Below, piece by piece: positions 26,016-38,730 of a stretch of 64,000 bases of DNA. The notes beneath the pieces were generated by a model, which saw only the letters and a list, made by a program, of their open reading frames with translations, did no database searches and was not told the origin of the DNA. Origin of the DNA: Octopus vulgaris (taxonomy: Eukaryota); contig OX597826.1 in the NCBI GenBank assembly GCA_951406725.2, positions 69,316,001 through 69,380,000 on the forward strand, read 5' to 3'. How positions within the stretch are numbered: the first letter of the stretch is position 1; each line of letters starts with the position of its first letter. A program made the position numbers and the translations under genes.

Positions 26016-27599
26016 TATGACAAGAAAAGACTTGTATTCCTAACGCTCCCATTTCAGAAATAACTGAACCGATATGTTATGTAATTGTGTATGACAGAAA
26101 TATGGAAAATAAATATTTGAAAACGATGGACTCGCAACTAAGAGAGAATATGAAAATATTTCTTTGAAGAGAACTGAAAGGAAACTTGAAATAAAGAAAC
26201 ATAAATATAAAGAGAGAGATACGATAGGGATATATCCGAATGAAGATATGTAAATATATTAAATTACTGAAAATGCAGATGCAACATTGTGTGTTCGTGT
26301 GTGTGTGTGTGCGTGTGGCGCGTGTTTGGAGAAAACGCTGACAAGAAAGATTAGCAAAATAAGGTTGTTGAAAAGATTTGTTTAAAGAAAAAATATTTGA
26401 ACGAGAAATGAAAATAAGAATGTGTACGTATCTGAAACATTGTGAAGGTGCAGTTACGAAACATTAAGTTAGTCACAGGAATACCGGCATGGACATATAC
26501 ACAAAAGCACAAGCATTAAGTTCCCGAAGTAGTTTGCACACCTGAAGGGTTAGCCACATGGCCTCTAATGGGGTATCAAATAGGATTCAATGCTACCCTT
26601 TACTGCTAGGTTGTTATTTCAAAGCGGAAATGAAGTCTGCACAGAAAGTAAATAATTTTAATTATAGAAAAATATATACTTTTCGTATGTATGTACGTAC
26701 TTACGTATGTATGTATGTATGTATGTATGTATGTATGTATGTATGTATGTATGTATGTATGTATGTATGCATGTATGTGCAGGCACTCAGACACGCACGT
26801 GCACAAGTGTCTGTGTTTGCATTCGTGCATGTCTTTATACAGAACAGCAGGTTGGTTGTCCTGATATTTATTCTGGTAAGATGAAACTACTTTTCATTCC
26901 GACGATTTGATCCCTACATGTTCCACACTAGCTTCATTCTTTTACAGAAACGGCCAGAATTTCCAGGCTTTTCTGCAAATTTGCTGTTGTATATCCAAGT
27001 CCAGTCATGATGCTACGTACAAGTGACAGTCTAAAGCTTGGATTCAACAGTTATAATTTCTGCGTTTGCTACCCATAAATTGTATTGTTTCAACATTTTT
27101 AAAATCAAAATTTACAATCACCTTGCCGCTGACTTTTACAATGCTTGACTTCTTTTTCTACAGTAATCGTTCCGACGGAGAGCATTGTAACTATTTTATG
27201 GCTACAGTGCCGTCACACATGGGAAAACAGAACCTTAAGGACATCAGCAGGTATGTCTGATTTATGTATGTACATATGCACATACCCATATTCATGGAAA
27301 CGCACAAATACATGCGCGCACACAAACACGCACACTCTTGAAATTTTAATATGCTCGTTTCGGAAACACTATGTTCTACGTTACATTCTAAGTTAAAATT
27401 GATTTGAGTAGGTGTTTTATGCCCAAGCCATGGGCCAATGCAAAATTTAATAGAGAAAATGGGTAAATTAGTAAGTCTCCGACAGCCTATCAGGGGTAAT
27501 ATCACTATAATTCGAAAGACTTAGTTTGTCTCATTGTTCTGAAAATTAAATTAAGCGTACACGGGTCTCGGGAATACCCACCAAATTATTAATAATATA

Positions 27600-28070
27600 G
27601 GCGCAAGAATGACTGTGTGGTAAGTAGTTAAAGGCGCAGGAGTGGCTGTGTGGTAAGTAGCTTGCTTACCAGCCACATGGTTCCGGGTTCAGTCCCACTG
27701 CGTGGCACCATGGGCAAATGTCTTCTAATATAGCCTCGGGCCAGCCAAAGCCTTGTGAGTGGATTTGGTAGACGGAAACTGAAAGAAGCCCGTCGTATAT
27801 ATGTATATATATATGTGTGTGTGTGTGTGTATGTGTGTGTGTGTGTGTGTATCTGTGTGTGTCTGTGCTTGTCCCTCCAACATCACTTGACAACCGATGC
27901 TGGTGTGTTTACGTCCCCGTAACTTAGCGGTTCGGCAAAAGATACCGATAGACTAAGTACTAGGCTTACAAAGAATAAGTCCTGGGGTCGATTTGCTCGA
28001 CTAAAGGCGGTGCTCCAGCATGGCCACAGTCAAATTACTGAAACAAGTAAATGAGTAAAAGAGTAAAAGT
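27600..28070 (+). mobile_element. SINE B, full length, with duplicated first ~30 bp
   Basis: ggcgcaagaatgactgtgtggtaagtag then ggcgcaggagtggctgtgtggtaagtag; complete body and tail. Confidence 0.93.
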
Positions 28071-28199
28071 GTGTATGGCTGTTTTATTTCAAGTCTATTC
28101 TAAAAATTGCTTATTTTTCAGAAAGACACTTTTTTTTATATATTTCAATGCAGGGAAGAGCAATCTCTCTACAGAATATGAAAGCTTTGAGTTGAAACG

Positions 28200-28935
28200 C
28201 AACTTGTATTTGAGATAACTAAGAAAACACAGCAACTGGAATATTCCTAACCCCTTCAAAAGCTTTTGACAATGTGTATCATGATAGACTACCTTCTAAA
28301 TGAAATCAGTAAGGTACCAGGGATGAACCACATCAAACATTCCACACATACTACAGTCACTAGTAAATATCATTTAAGTGATTACAATAGTAAACTACCA
28401 TTTCATCTTTCTCGTGGCATTAGTGTTGCCTAAGGTTCCATTCTAAGACCCCTCTGATTTCTTATATATATAAACATAACATTCTCTACAGCCTGAAAAA
28501 TTACTCGATTTTATTCAATATACCAGGAATAAATAACTAATTTCTTATATTGCTCCTGTAGTCTCAGATAGAACACGTTCAAGCTCTACAAATAAACAAT
28601 GAATTTTAAATATATCAATTTGGCTAACAGAAAGAAAGATTTCGTTCTACGTCTCAAAAGCTAAATATACGCTCATTTATCTTCATCGGAAAGACATTTT
28701 CCTCAGAATCAATCCAGCAGCTTGAAATTGACAGTAATAGAATATAATATGTTGACCATTTCAAATATCTAGAAATCATTCTTGATAAGAATCTTAAACG
28801 GAAACCACATATCGATCTGACCTGCAGGCGAATAATCAGTGTACTATTGGTATCTTATCTCGCACAAATATTATTTTCCTGGACATGTGTTATTAAACAT
28901 ACATCAAACTCATATTAGTTGTCATCTATAGTAGA
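28200..28935 (+). pseudogene. Decayed non-LTR reverse transcriptase (CR1/L2 group)
   Basis: Frameshifted motifs GIFL..SKAFDNVYH, a GVPQGSILGP-like stretch (gcctaaggttccattctaagacc) and FKYLEIILDKNLKRKPHID (FKYLG...LKWKPHI-like). Confidence 0.8.
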
Positions 28936-29128
28936 GTTTCTAATAGAGGGGAAGGTGAGGATTAAGAATGAGGATGGACGAATTGTTATGTTTTGATAAA
29001 ATTAAGATGGTTTATATTAAAATTTCGTTCATGGTGGTAATATATTTTGTCTTTTCGATAATAAAGAGGGAGAGCAAAGACTCCATAGACTTTTGTTGAT
29101 TGTTTGTTTGAGAAGCATTTATCTTGAA

Positions 29129-29518
29129 CTAGCAGTATCGTCCGGCGTCGCTCGGGTTTGTAAGGGAAATAACTATATAAGCATTTTTAAAGAGTTATAG
29201 CCAAAAAATAGCAAAAAAATGCATTAAAAATGGAAAAAAATGATGGTAATTTTTTTTTAAATCGTTGACTCATCGTAGACATTTTTAGAGAGTTACTTCC
29301 CTTATATAATAGCAAAAAAAATGCATTAAAAAAAATGATGTTAATTTTTTTTTAAATCGTAGACTCATCGTAGACGCGCGCTAATACCCAGAAGGGCTCG
29401 ATATGAATCATGACTATAAGATACCCGGTTTTGGTTAAACTGCACCGCAAAATGTGGGAGGAGTTAGGAATCTAAATCGTATGAAACAGACACACAACTT
29501 GACTTTTATATATAAAGA
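29129..29518 (-). mobile_element. Non-autonomous Helitron
   Basis: Minus strand starts TC (tctttatatataaaag) and ends cccgagcgacgccggacgatactgCTAG with an imperfect subterminal GC hairpin; inserted between A and T without TSD; internal ~100-bp tandem duplication. Confidence 0.85.
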
Positions 29519-29919
29519 TATGGCATAATATTCTAATGTCACCATTCTGGTAAAAGTGAAAATTTACGAAGTCCATCTGGACTAGCCTAGATCGTTTTGG
29601 TATCAACCTGCTCAATTCTCTGATACAAAGTTCCTGTTTTTTGAAGTGGTTTAAATTAAAGCCTCCCATTAAAATTTCATGTTTAATTTATGCTCCAAAC
29701 AACAACTTAATTATGACAATTTTGTTTCACTAAATTCTTTATTATTTTCAAAATTAATTGAAACAGGCAATTTATTTCAGAAACAAAAGCGTTAAATGGT
29801 CGTGGGAGGGGCGGATACGTACTGATTTTTTTTTTCCTTTTCATTGCAGTGGTTCTCAATGTTTTACGGTTCATGGGCCCTTTCACAGGATGGTATTTTA
29901 TAAACGCCTCTTGATGTTT

Positions 29920-30085
29920 ACATAAGGACACAGGAAATGCGTCAAGGCCGACAAGAAGCGTTGATGCTTCCTAGGGCTAAATAGCGGTGGTGTGATTCCC
30001 TTTGTGGGACTGTCTTGTTAAGTTGACAATATACAACTGCTCTATTGTACCACCACTGCTTATATCTCTCTGAGATATTTAGAAA
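29920..30085 (+). mobile_element. Diverged second copy of the 21715-21995 repeat
   Basis: ataaggacacagga...gatgcttcctagggcta...cggtggtgt...ttgacaatatacaac...caccac...agatttagaaa shared. Confidence 0.7.
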
Positions 30086-30880
30086 TTTAATATTTCTATT
30101 TAAAAAAACACGTTATTTTAATCAAACACAGACTCTAGTTTCTTATCCGTATGCTTTTATACTATCCCATCCATGTCCTTATTTTTCTCTGTGTATGTGT
30201 GCACGCGGGCGTTTCCGTGTGTTCTGTATTGAGGTAGGTATTTCAGTGGATCTGTATACATTATTTTAAATTTCTAGTAAAATTACTAAAGAAAAAAAAA
30301 AGCGCAGGCACTTACGTAATGAAATTATATTGGCTCTTAGCACATAATGTTCACTGATGACGTAATGTTCTTTTCACATTTTAATCATGAAAGTGTTTTT
30401 TTTTTATCTTTGAAAATGTGGTTAAACTGTATCTGCAGTAAAAGATGTAAATATTTCATTTCTAAACAAATTCACAGCCTTCTCAATACGCAGCACTTTC
30501 CATAGCATCCATTTAACTTATGACCTCACTCCAAAGCGAACTCATTGTAAACCCCAAAGTGTGCGTTACCGCCAAGGTTAATAACCGCTACTCTATAGTA
30601 AAGCTCACGTTTAAAAGTTCGCAGACATGTATAAACTTGCAAGAATCAAAGCCTACAATTATTTCCTTCTTGGCTGGTATTTTGCCAAAATGTCTTTCGA
30701 CTCTAGAGTTATCAAACAGTCGTACAACTAAAAACAAATATTTGGTTCAAATTTTGGTACAAGGCCATTAGTTTTAGTGGGAAGAGTTTAGTCTATCACA
30801 TCGACCCCCGGAGGGGTGACAGGCAAAGTTGACCTCTGCGAGATTTGAATTCAGAACGTAAAATAAAAAATTACTATTAA

Positions 30881-31290
30881 GGTAGGAGTAGCTGTGTGGT
30901 ATGTAGCTTGCTTACGAACCACATGGTTCCGGGTTCAGTTCCACTATGTGGCACCTTGGGCAAGTGTCTTCTACTATAGCCTCGGGCCGACCAAAGCCTT
31001 GTGAGAGGATTTGGTAGACGGAAACTGAAAGAAGCCCGTCGTATATATGTATATATATATGTATGTGTGTGTATATGTTTGTGTTTCTGTGTTTGTCCCC
31101 CCAACACCGCTTGACAACCGATGCTGGTGTGTTTTCTTCCCGTAACTTAGCGTTTGGCAAAACAGACCGGTAGAATAAGTACTAGGCTTACAAAGAATAC
31201 GTCCTGGGGTCGATTTGCTCGACTAAAGGCGGTGCTCCAGCATGGCCACAGTCACATGACTGAAACAAGATAAAAGAGTAAAAAAAAAAG
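30881..31290 (+). mobile_element. SINE B nested in a degraded minus-strand SINE A (~30745-30865 and ~31295-31340)
   Basis: Full SINE B; flanks read as the two halves of a reversed SINE A (gatttgaattcagaacgt ... gcactaacgattctaccag). Confidence 0.88.
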
Positions 31291-32084
31291 CGAGTATCAT
31301 TTTGTGCGATGCACTAACGATTCTACCAGTCCGGCGCTTTTATCTAAGTACAAATAATGGAATCAAATTTTGGCATAAGGCCAGTAATTTCAGAGGGTGT
31401 GGACAAGTCCATCTCAAAGTTCTACAGTTACATATTTTTATCGCCACCGAAATTATGTAAAGGAAATTCGGAATTTGATATCTGAATACAAATTATGCAA
31501 ACGATATCAAAAACAGAAATATGCAGTCAAGATCCTTTCTAGATGTTGATATTGCTAATAAGATAAACCCAATCAAAATTGACATCCCTCAACTTTTCAA
31601 TGAATTTCAAAAATTATTTCTTTAAAAAATCAATATAAAAATCATTACTGTAAATATGGCATTTCACTTTCAAAGAGACACTATCGCATCTTCCTCGTTC
31701 ATTTGAATCAGAAATTAACTCTTATCTCTGTACTCTTTATCATTTGTATGGTATTCGCAATTAGATTATAGCTGGAGTGTTATAGAAAACTTTACATAGC
31801 AGCATTTTGAAACTATCTTCTAAACTGATATTTTTATTAGATATTAGGATTTTTTTTTTCAAGATATACTATGCACAAGAGCTTTTTGATGCACAGCAGC
31901 AGCCATTTCTGGCGTTTGGTCATTGACCCTCCACCACAGTTACTATGTTTTGTACGTAGTCTGTGTCTCAGTTCTATGTATTTACGTTTATAGCAAACGG
32001 TATATATGTATACGTGTATGCATTTGTATGTATACACACGCAACATGTATACATTTTTTCTTTTCTTTTTTCCTTTCTTTTTTT

Positions 32085-32478
32085 TTTCTACTCTAGGCAC
32101 AAGACCCGAAATTTTGGAGGAGGGTACCAGTCGATTAGATCACCCCCAGTACGCAACTGGTACTTAATTTATCAACCCCGAAAGGATGAAAGGCAAAGTC
32201 GACCTCGGCGGAATTTGAACTCAGAACGTAATGGCAGACGAAATACCTATTTCTTTACTACCCACAAGGGGCTAAACACAGAGAGGACAAACAAGGACAG
32301 ACAAACGGATTAAGTCGATTACATCGACCCCAGTGCGTAACTGGTACTTAATTCATCGACCCCGAAAGGATGAAAGGCAAAGTCAACCTCGGCGGAATTT
32401 GAACTCAGAACGTAACGGCAGACGAAATACGGCTACGCATTTCGCCCGGCTTGCTAACGATTCTGCCAGCTCGCCGCC
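32085..32478 (-). mobile_element. SINE A, complete dimer
   Basis: Head, core, tail 1, gaaata|ggtatttcgtctg junction, second core, tail 2 and A-rich end. Confidence 0.92.
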
Positions 32479-32490
32479 CTCATGTATACA

Positions 32491-32539
<49 letters not shown>

Positions 32540-32899
32540 TTGTAAAATGCACGTAAACATAAGTGAAAACAAAATGCAAATATACACTAGTGAATACTTC
32601 GTAATTAGTCTGATGGCAATATTTTTCTTTAACTCCTTGACAACAGTTGACGCAAATATGCGATTACGCTTTTGCTTGACTACCCGCGGTTAACGTAAAT
32701 ATACGATGTAGAGCTGCCCTACATCTATCACGGACTCTTTAGCGGCTGACGTATGTTTACGTTCGCTATCGTGTACTTTATCTCTTGAGGTGCGCACGCT
32801 CGCCGTCCCATGCATTATCTTAGCTATTTTAGGTTACGTTCAAGTCATGAGACTAGCAGTCGACCAATGACATGCGGATACTTTACATGCTCATGCTTG

Positions 32900-33130
32900 T
32901 AAGTTTCCGAAGAAGGGGAGGAAAGAGAGGAGGGTAAGGAACTACATGCTGGAAAGTTTCGAGGACGGGAAGAGGGATTACTTCCCGGAAAGTTCCGAGG
33001 AGTGGGACGAATTACTTCCTCGAAAATTCCGAGGAGGGGGAGGAATTACTTCGTGGAAAGTTCCGAGGAGGGGGAGGAATTACTTCATGGAAAGTTCCGA
33101 GGAGGGGGAGGAAGGGGAAGGATTACTTTT
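32900..33130. repeat. Purine-rich ~34-36-bp minisatellite (approx. ggaaagttccgaggaggggaggaattacttcnt), about 6 units
   Basis: Units start near 32950, 32987, 33021, 33055, 33089. Confidence 0.88.
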
Positions 33131-33361
33131 CTCAAGTTCGAAATGTGAATTTGTCTGTGTTAACTATTTCCTAAAGATGGAGCCTTGTATCTTTCTTGGA
33201 AATCGACACCCTCATCAGTAGAAGATTTATAATTATTAAAAAATAGAAGAGGCATACATACATACATACATACATACATACATACATACATACATACATA
33301 CATACATACATACATAGAACAGCATTAACAGGAACTATAGCCTCCACTAGACTTGTGATAG

Positions 33362-34050
33362 TTACATTACATCCCACCTAGAAGGATGTGCCTTCGCTAT
33401 CCGGGAACAGTAGATAGCTGTTAAATATCTGATAAACAAGAGGGCCAACATATCTCTAAACTTCCGTGGTGTGTTAAAAAATGTTGGCTCTGCTATCCCA
33501 ATGTAGAAGATATCGCCCACATCAGCATCAGCTGTCCCAAAACGTCTATAATATACTGGCTGCCCTGGAGCGTGATATAACTGCAAAGACTGTATTTACA
33601 ATGCTATCCACAGGAAGGATTGCCCAGGCGTATACATCAAAGGCACGTCAGAACCAACATCTATCCACACTTAAAAACAAGGAAAATTGGTGGAACACTC
33701 CAATAAAAACAGCAATTAATTTAGTACAAGCATGAAAGCTGATGTTGTTCTGGGGGAAAGGGAACGAAAATCACGCATTGTGGTAGAGACTAGCTGTCCA
33801 GCTGATGTGAATGTACCATCAAAAGTCCATGAAAAGAAGATATATGGTGAATTAATGCGGAGCTCACAGGTCTTGTGCCTTGACAAGGAATTCTCATTTG
33901 TATCTATTATCACAGGTGCATTGGGTTATGTACCTACAAATTTCCTCAAGCTCCTAGAAATACTAAGGTTTTCGAAGAAAGAGCAAAATAATCTGGCGCG
34001 GATTCCCCAAATCCAGTCTATTAGTGCCACAGTAAAGACTTCCAAAAATT
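33362..34050 (+). pseudogene. C-terminal remnant of an R4/Dong-type non-LTR element (CCHC knuckle and restriction-like endonuclease)
   Basis: SHLEGCAFAIREQ*IAVKYL, CWLCYPNVEDIAHISISCPK, then ADVVL...IVVETSCPADVN...K..EK..Y.EL...SIITGALGYVP. Confidence 0.8.
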
Positions 34051-34072
34051 CTCCGCCTGAGACTCTTTAGGT

Positions 34073-34364
34073 CAAGGGCCGGGGAACATTTTAAGCCAAT
34101 TATCCCCAAATATGTTTATTTACGCCGATGTCACATACCCTGGTTTGAAAAGAAGATCATAGATTCATTGAATCGAAAAGGCTCATTGAATCAATTCACA
34201 CATCCATTACACTGGACAGATGCAATGTTACCAGAAGATAATTTCTTGTCATAACGTGGAACAGGTTTTTAATGTAATTTTACTTATGTATAATGCGCTA
34301 TTACCCCACAAGAATTTCATTTTTACTCCTCTTGCGGTAATTTACTCTGGTTCGCTGACCCCTG
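34073..34364. mobile_element. hAT (Charlie-type) MITE
   Basis: Imperfect TIRs caagggccggggaac / gttcgctgacccctg; perfect 8-bp TSD ctttaggt. Confidence 0.85.
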
Positions 34365-35231
34365 CTTTAGGTGAATACGAACATGTATAGTTCGACAGCT
34401 CAACCAACACACCAACTCAGCTATATATTTGCAAACGCCGGGAACATTCTGGATTCAAAACTTTTGTAGCTTTGCAAGCAATCGGCTTCAACTATCTGAA
34501 GTTAAATAAAACTCAGAGAAAAATCTTACAAACATACATACATATAAAGAAAACAGCATGTATATATGCGAGTGTAGTGTACGAGTGTGTGAATGCGTGC
34601 GTGTGTCTAATTGAGCCATCTTAATTTCATACCTAATAATTGCATAATTCGATTAATTAACTTTTCAAAATACCAAACTATTTAGTCTGAACTGTATCTA
34701 AAATTGACCAGTTACTTGTAATGCAAATTAATTCAATTCGGGTTAATTACGTAAACATTTTGCCGAATTCAGGAAAATTGGTAAAATATAGCATAAAACT
34801 AAAAATTCCATTTGATATGAGATGTCTCTGGAAGTTTCCGTTTTCGTGACAAATTCACATAAAAGTAGTCAATATTTCCCACTTTCATTTTACTTGCTTT
34901 GGTCGTTGAACTGTAGTCATGCTGAGGTATTGCAATTAAGAGGGCTTAGTCGAAAAAAGTTGACACTAATACTATATTTTTAAGTGCTGTATACCATCGT
35001 GTCTACCCGTCTGATAAGGGTACTCCAGGCACATGTGTCACAACTATATGTGTGCGACATGGTTCTCTCATATCAAGGTAAACAGTGCATGGCCTTGCAG
35101 GTGGGGCCCAGGTAGAATATGCTGCAGGCCAAATAGCCCATCCCACTCAAAAAGTTTCATAAATAAAGGTTGTATGAGGATGATGGCAGCAATATTTATG
35201 TTTTTCAAACCCCAATACTATATTTAATTGA

Positions 35232-35562
35232 GGGCGGCGAGCTGGCAGAATCGTTAGCACGTCGGGCGAAATGCTTAGCGGTATTTCGTCTGCCGCTACG
35301 TTCTGAGTTCAAATACCGCCGAGGTCGACTTTACCTTTCATCCTTTCGGGGTGGATTAAATAAGTACTAGTTACGCACTGGGGTTGATATAATCGACTTA
35401 ATCCGTTTGTCTGTCCTTGTTTGTCCTCTCTGTGTTTAGCCCCTTGTGGGTAGTAAAGAAATAGGTATTTCGTCTGCCGTTACGTTCTGAGTTCAAATTC
35501 CGCCGAGGTCGACTTTGCCTTTCATACTTTGGGGATCGATTAAATAGGCACCAGTTACGCAC
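35232..35562 (+). mobile_element. SINE A dimer, 3'-truncated
   Basis: Head ggcggcgagctggcagaatcgttagc, tail 1, junction, second core. Confidence 0.92.
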
Positions 35563-35939
35563 GTATTTATGATTATCGCAAATACAAGGCAGAAGTCGAA
35601 ACTAAACAACATTTAATAATACTACACAGTGGTAGGAGCAAAGCTGTCAGACTTAATTAAATTCTGCAGTAGCTAATAACAACGATGATAACGGCTAGAC
35701 TGTTGCCATGGTTACAAAGGGTAGCCGCAAAGTGAGTATTTGTGATAACTAAAGATGGCCACTGCTATTGTAATGGCAATGTAGAAGTTATTGTAACGGT
35801 TATATTGACGGAGTTGACAATAGTGACTGAGATAATAAACCGTTTCTACATCAGTCACACATGGCTCAATACTAATAATTTTATGTAGAGCAAAAACGTC
35901 TTACGAAACAAATAAGAAAATTAAAACAGTACACCAAAT

Positions 35940-36157
35940 CGCTTGTCCCTTGGTTCATCTGGAAGCGCATGCCTCAGGGGAGAGCCAGCCACGAGTCGAA
36001 AAGTCACCTACTGGCACAAACTCTTCTCTGAATACAAACCTAGATTGTCACTTGAACAGGAACTGCCCCAACTCGAGCCCTCCAAGTTCACCACCACAGC
36101 CACCAAATATAAGAGGATCAAATGCACCCGAGAAGACCATAACGAAGTAATATGCGC

Positions 36158-36160
<3 letters not shown>
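35940..36160 (+). pseudogene. Probable N-terminal fragment of an R4/Dong ORF
   Basis: KRIKCTREDHNEVICAYY resembles the R.KWT.E.N..V..CYY motif I recall near R4/Dong ORF starts. Confidence 0.5.
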
Positions 36161-36228
<68 letters not shown>

Positions 36229-36248
36229 TTTATTATTATTATTATTAT

Positions 36249-36560
36249 ATGTTTGACTTTTGCTTTATATTTGTACAAGTTGGCTCCAAGTCTCACCCAG
36301 AGGCCTCAAGAGACAACAGGTTGGAAGTTCATGCTGTTTTTATGCCTAGTGTGCCATATATTTGGTTTTGTATTTAGTGTCGTACTAGTAAATGTCTAAA
36401 AAAAACATACGAAAATTATGTTTGTTTTAAAACTTGAGATTACATAGAAAGTATTTTGTGTAGGATATGAGCAGTTCCCATGAGCACTATCTTTTGAATT
36501 TCTGTCATTTTGGGGTTTCCTGGTATCTGAGTTAGATAGCAATCAGCCCCTTTTGCTATC
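36249..36560 (-). mobile_element. 5'-truncated Dong/R4 3' end inserted in (TAA)n
   Basis: IAKGADCYLTQIPGNPKMTEIQKIVLMGTAHILHKILSM* plus ~190-bp 3' UTR; (TAA)n on both sides, the known Dong target. Confidence 0.8.
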
Positions 36561-36564
36561 ATCA

Positions 36565-36625
<61 letters not shown>

Positions 36626-37311
36626 GTGCATGAATTTTATTACCCGGAAGTATGACTCTAGTTAAGACTGGTCAATTGAAAAGTAGAAAAAAAAGTAATA
36701 GAATGAAAAAAGAGAACTGATAGGGGTTACATTAAACGAGCGTCATGCCGCTACGTATCAATAAAATATAGTCCCGACAGAGTGGAACATAAAAAAAATT
36801 ATGTGTACATTAAGCGTACTGTAAGTAATAACACGTTTTAATCTTGTTTTATAATACACCGTATTTCCCGTCTTTTAAGAACTTATAAGTCATAAGACAC
36901 ACTCTATAATTAGCAAGGTGTATTAAAGAGAAGAAAAGGCAAACTTTTTCGCAATTTATGGCCATATTATCAAAGATTTATGTAGTAAAGATATCTAATT
37001 TAAAACAAAATTGTTGTGCATTAAATACAAGGTTTTATTACACCGCTACCGGATATGATCACAACCAAATCCTTCGCAGTGTTTGTCGACATTCCAGCTA
37101 ACTGTTCTGGCATTTCAAGTATATTGCGACTTGATTGCCCTCATTGATCTCCAGGCAATTTCGATGGTGTAACCATGACCTCATTATATTTTAGAAATGT
37201 GTGAGGGAATGTGACAGGAAAAAAACAAAGACGGAAAGAAAAGAGGGATCTCTCACCTCTCTTCTTTATTCTCTATTTCCTTCACCTCTCTATAATAAAG
37301 AATTATCTTAA

Positions 37312-37492
37312 TATGGTTTGCGATTTTGGTACAAGGCCAACGATTTCGAAGAAGGGGCTTAGTAGATTACATCGATCCCGAAAGGGTGAAAGTAAAAGTC
37401 GACTTCGGTGGAATTTGAACTTTGAACGTAAAGACGGACGAAATGCCGCTAAGCATTTAGTCCGGAGTGCTGCTGATTCTGCTAGCTCGCCG
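37312..37492 (-). mobile_element. SINE A, diverged and internally deleted
   Basis: Reversed B box ggaatttgaact and head gattctgctagctcgcc. Confidence 0.75.
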
Positions 37493-37756
37493 GTAATTTC
37501 CCGGTAATTTTACAGATAGCTGAAGAAACCTTGTTTAGTTGAGTGTCTGTGAAATCTAATCTGCATAAACACATCGATCATTACTGTCATCAACAACACC
37601 GTTGCAAATGCTAACGGAATCTGGATAATTGCTATCTTCAGACAGAAATGTTATTTTTGGTACCATATAACTGATTCTAATTCTTTTAAAGTCTCGGTTA
37701 CTGTGTCTTTTCGCATAGATGTCCATGGCGACTTCATTCATTACCATATAAACTGA

Positions 37757-38036
37757 CAGTCCGTCGCTTACAAGGACGAAAGTTCTGGTTGATCCGATCA
37801 ACGGAACAGCCTGCTTGTGGAATTAACATACAGGCTGCTGAACAGTCCACAGACACGTGTACCCTTAACGCAGTTCTCGGGTAGATTCAGCGTGACACGG
37901 AATGAGACAAAGCTGAGCCAGCTGAGTGGGCTGGAGCAACACGAAATAGAGTGTCTTACTCTAGGACACATAGTGCCATCGGGAATCGAAACGATCGTGT
38001 GTCGAATACACTTATCACTAAGCCGCGCGCCTTCAC
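37757..38036 (-). mobile_element. SINE with CORE-like 5' body and SINE C 3' half
   Basis: 37785-37910 matches 645-770; 5' part has B box (gggaatcgaaac on plus) and tgtgtcctagagtaagacact...ttgctccagcccactcagctg. Confidence 0.75.
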
Positions 38037-38243
38037 CACTCACTGACATACATGTGCAATATTAGCTTGTTTCTTTCGTTTTGTTAAGATCATAAACGTT
38101 GCAGTAATCAAGTAGTTGGAACCCAGTTTACACGCATAAAACATTTGAATGTCTTGTTGATTGAAATATCTAGGAGTTACACCTGCTCCGCTAAAAGATC
38201 GGCTAGAATTGTTTGTTAAGCTTTTTATTGTCAAAAGATTTTC

Positions 38244-38379
38244 GTAGCTTGCTTACCAACCACATGGTTCCGGGTTCGGTCCCACTGCGTGGCACCTTGG
38301 GCAACTGTTTCCTACTATAGCCTCGGGCCAACCAAAGCCTTGTGAGTGGATTTGGTAGACGGAAGACGAAAGAAGTCCG

Positions 38380-38437
<58 letters not shown>

Positions 38438-38730
38438 ATGTGTCTGTGTTTGTCCCCCTAACATCGCTTGACAACCGATGCTGGTGTGTTTACGGTTAGC
38501 GGTTCGGCAAAAGGGACCGATAAAATAAGTTTTATCAATTTTTATGATGACAAATGGATGTATGATTTTTCCTTTCTGGTGGACATTACACACAAGTTGA
38601 ATGAGTTGAATGTGCGGTTACTAGGCTTACAAAAGAATAAGTCCTGGGATCGATTTGCTCGACTAAAGGCGGTGCTGCAGCATGGCCGCAGTCAAATGAC
38701 TGAAACAAGTAAAAGAGTAAAAGAGTAAGG
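38244..38730 (+). mobile_element. SINE B carrying an 89-bp hAT-transposase-like insert
   Basis: Consensus aataagt|actaggc is split by 38531-38619. Confidence 0.9.

Noticed and set aside
29847-29885. hAT-like terminus cagtggttctcaa
   Set aside because: No matching right TIR or TSD found.
32950-33125. Regularly spaced repeats resembling a CRISPR array
   Set aside because: No unique spacers, no cas genes, eukaryotic context; it is a minisatellite.
36859-36920. Tc2-like terminus ccgtatttcccg
   Set aside because: No partner TIR located and no TA at the boundary.
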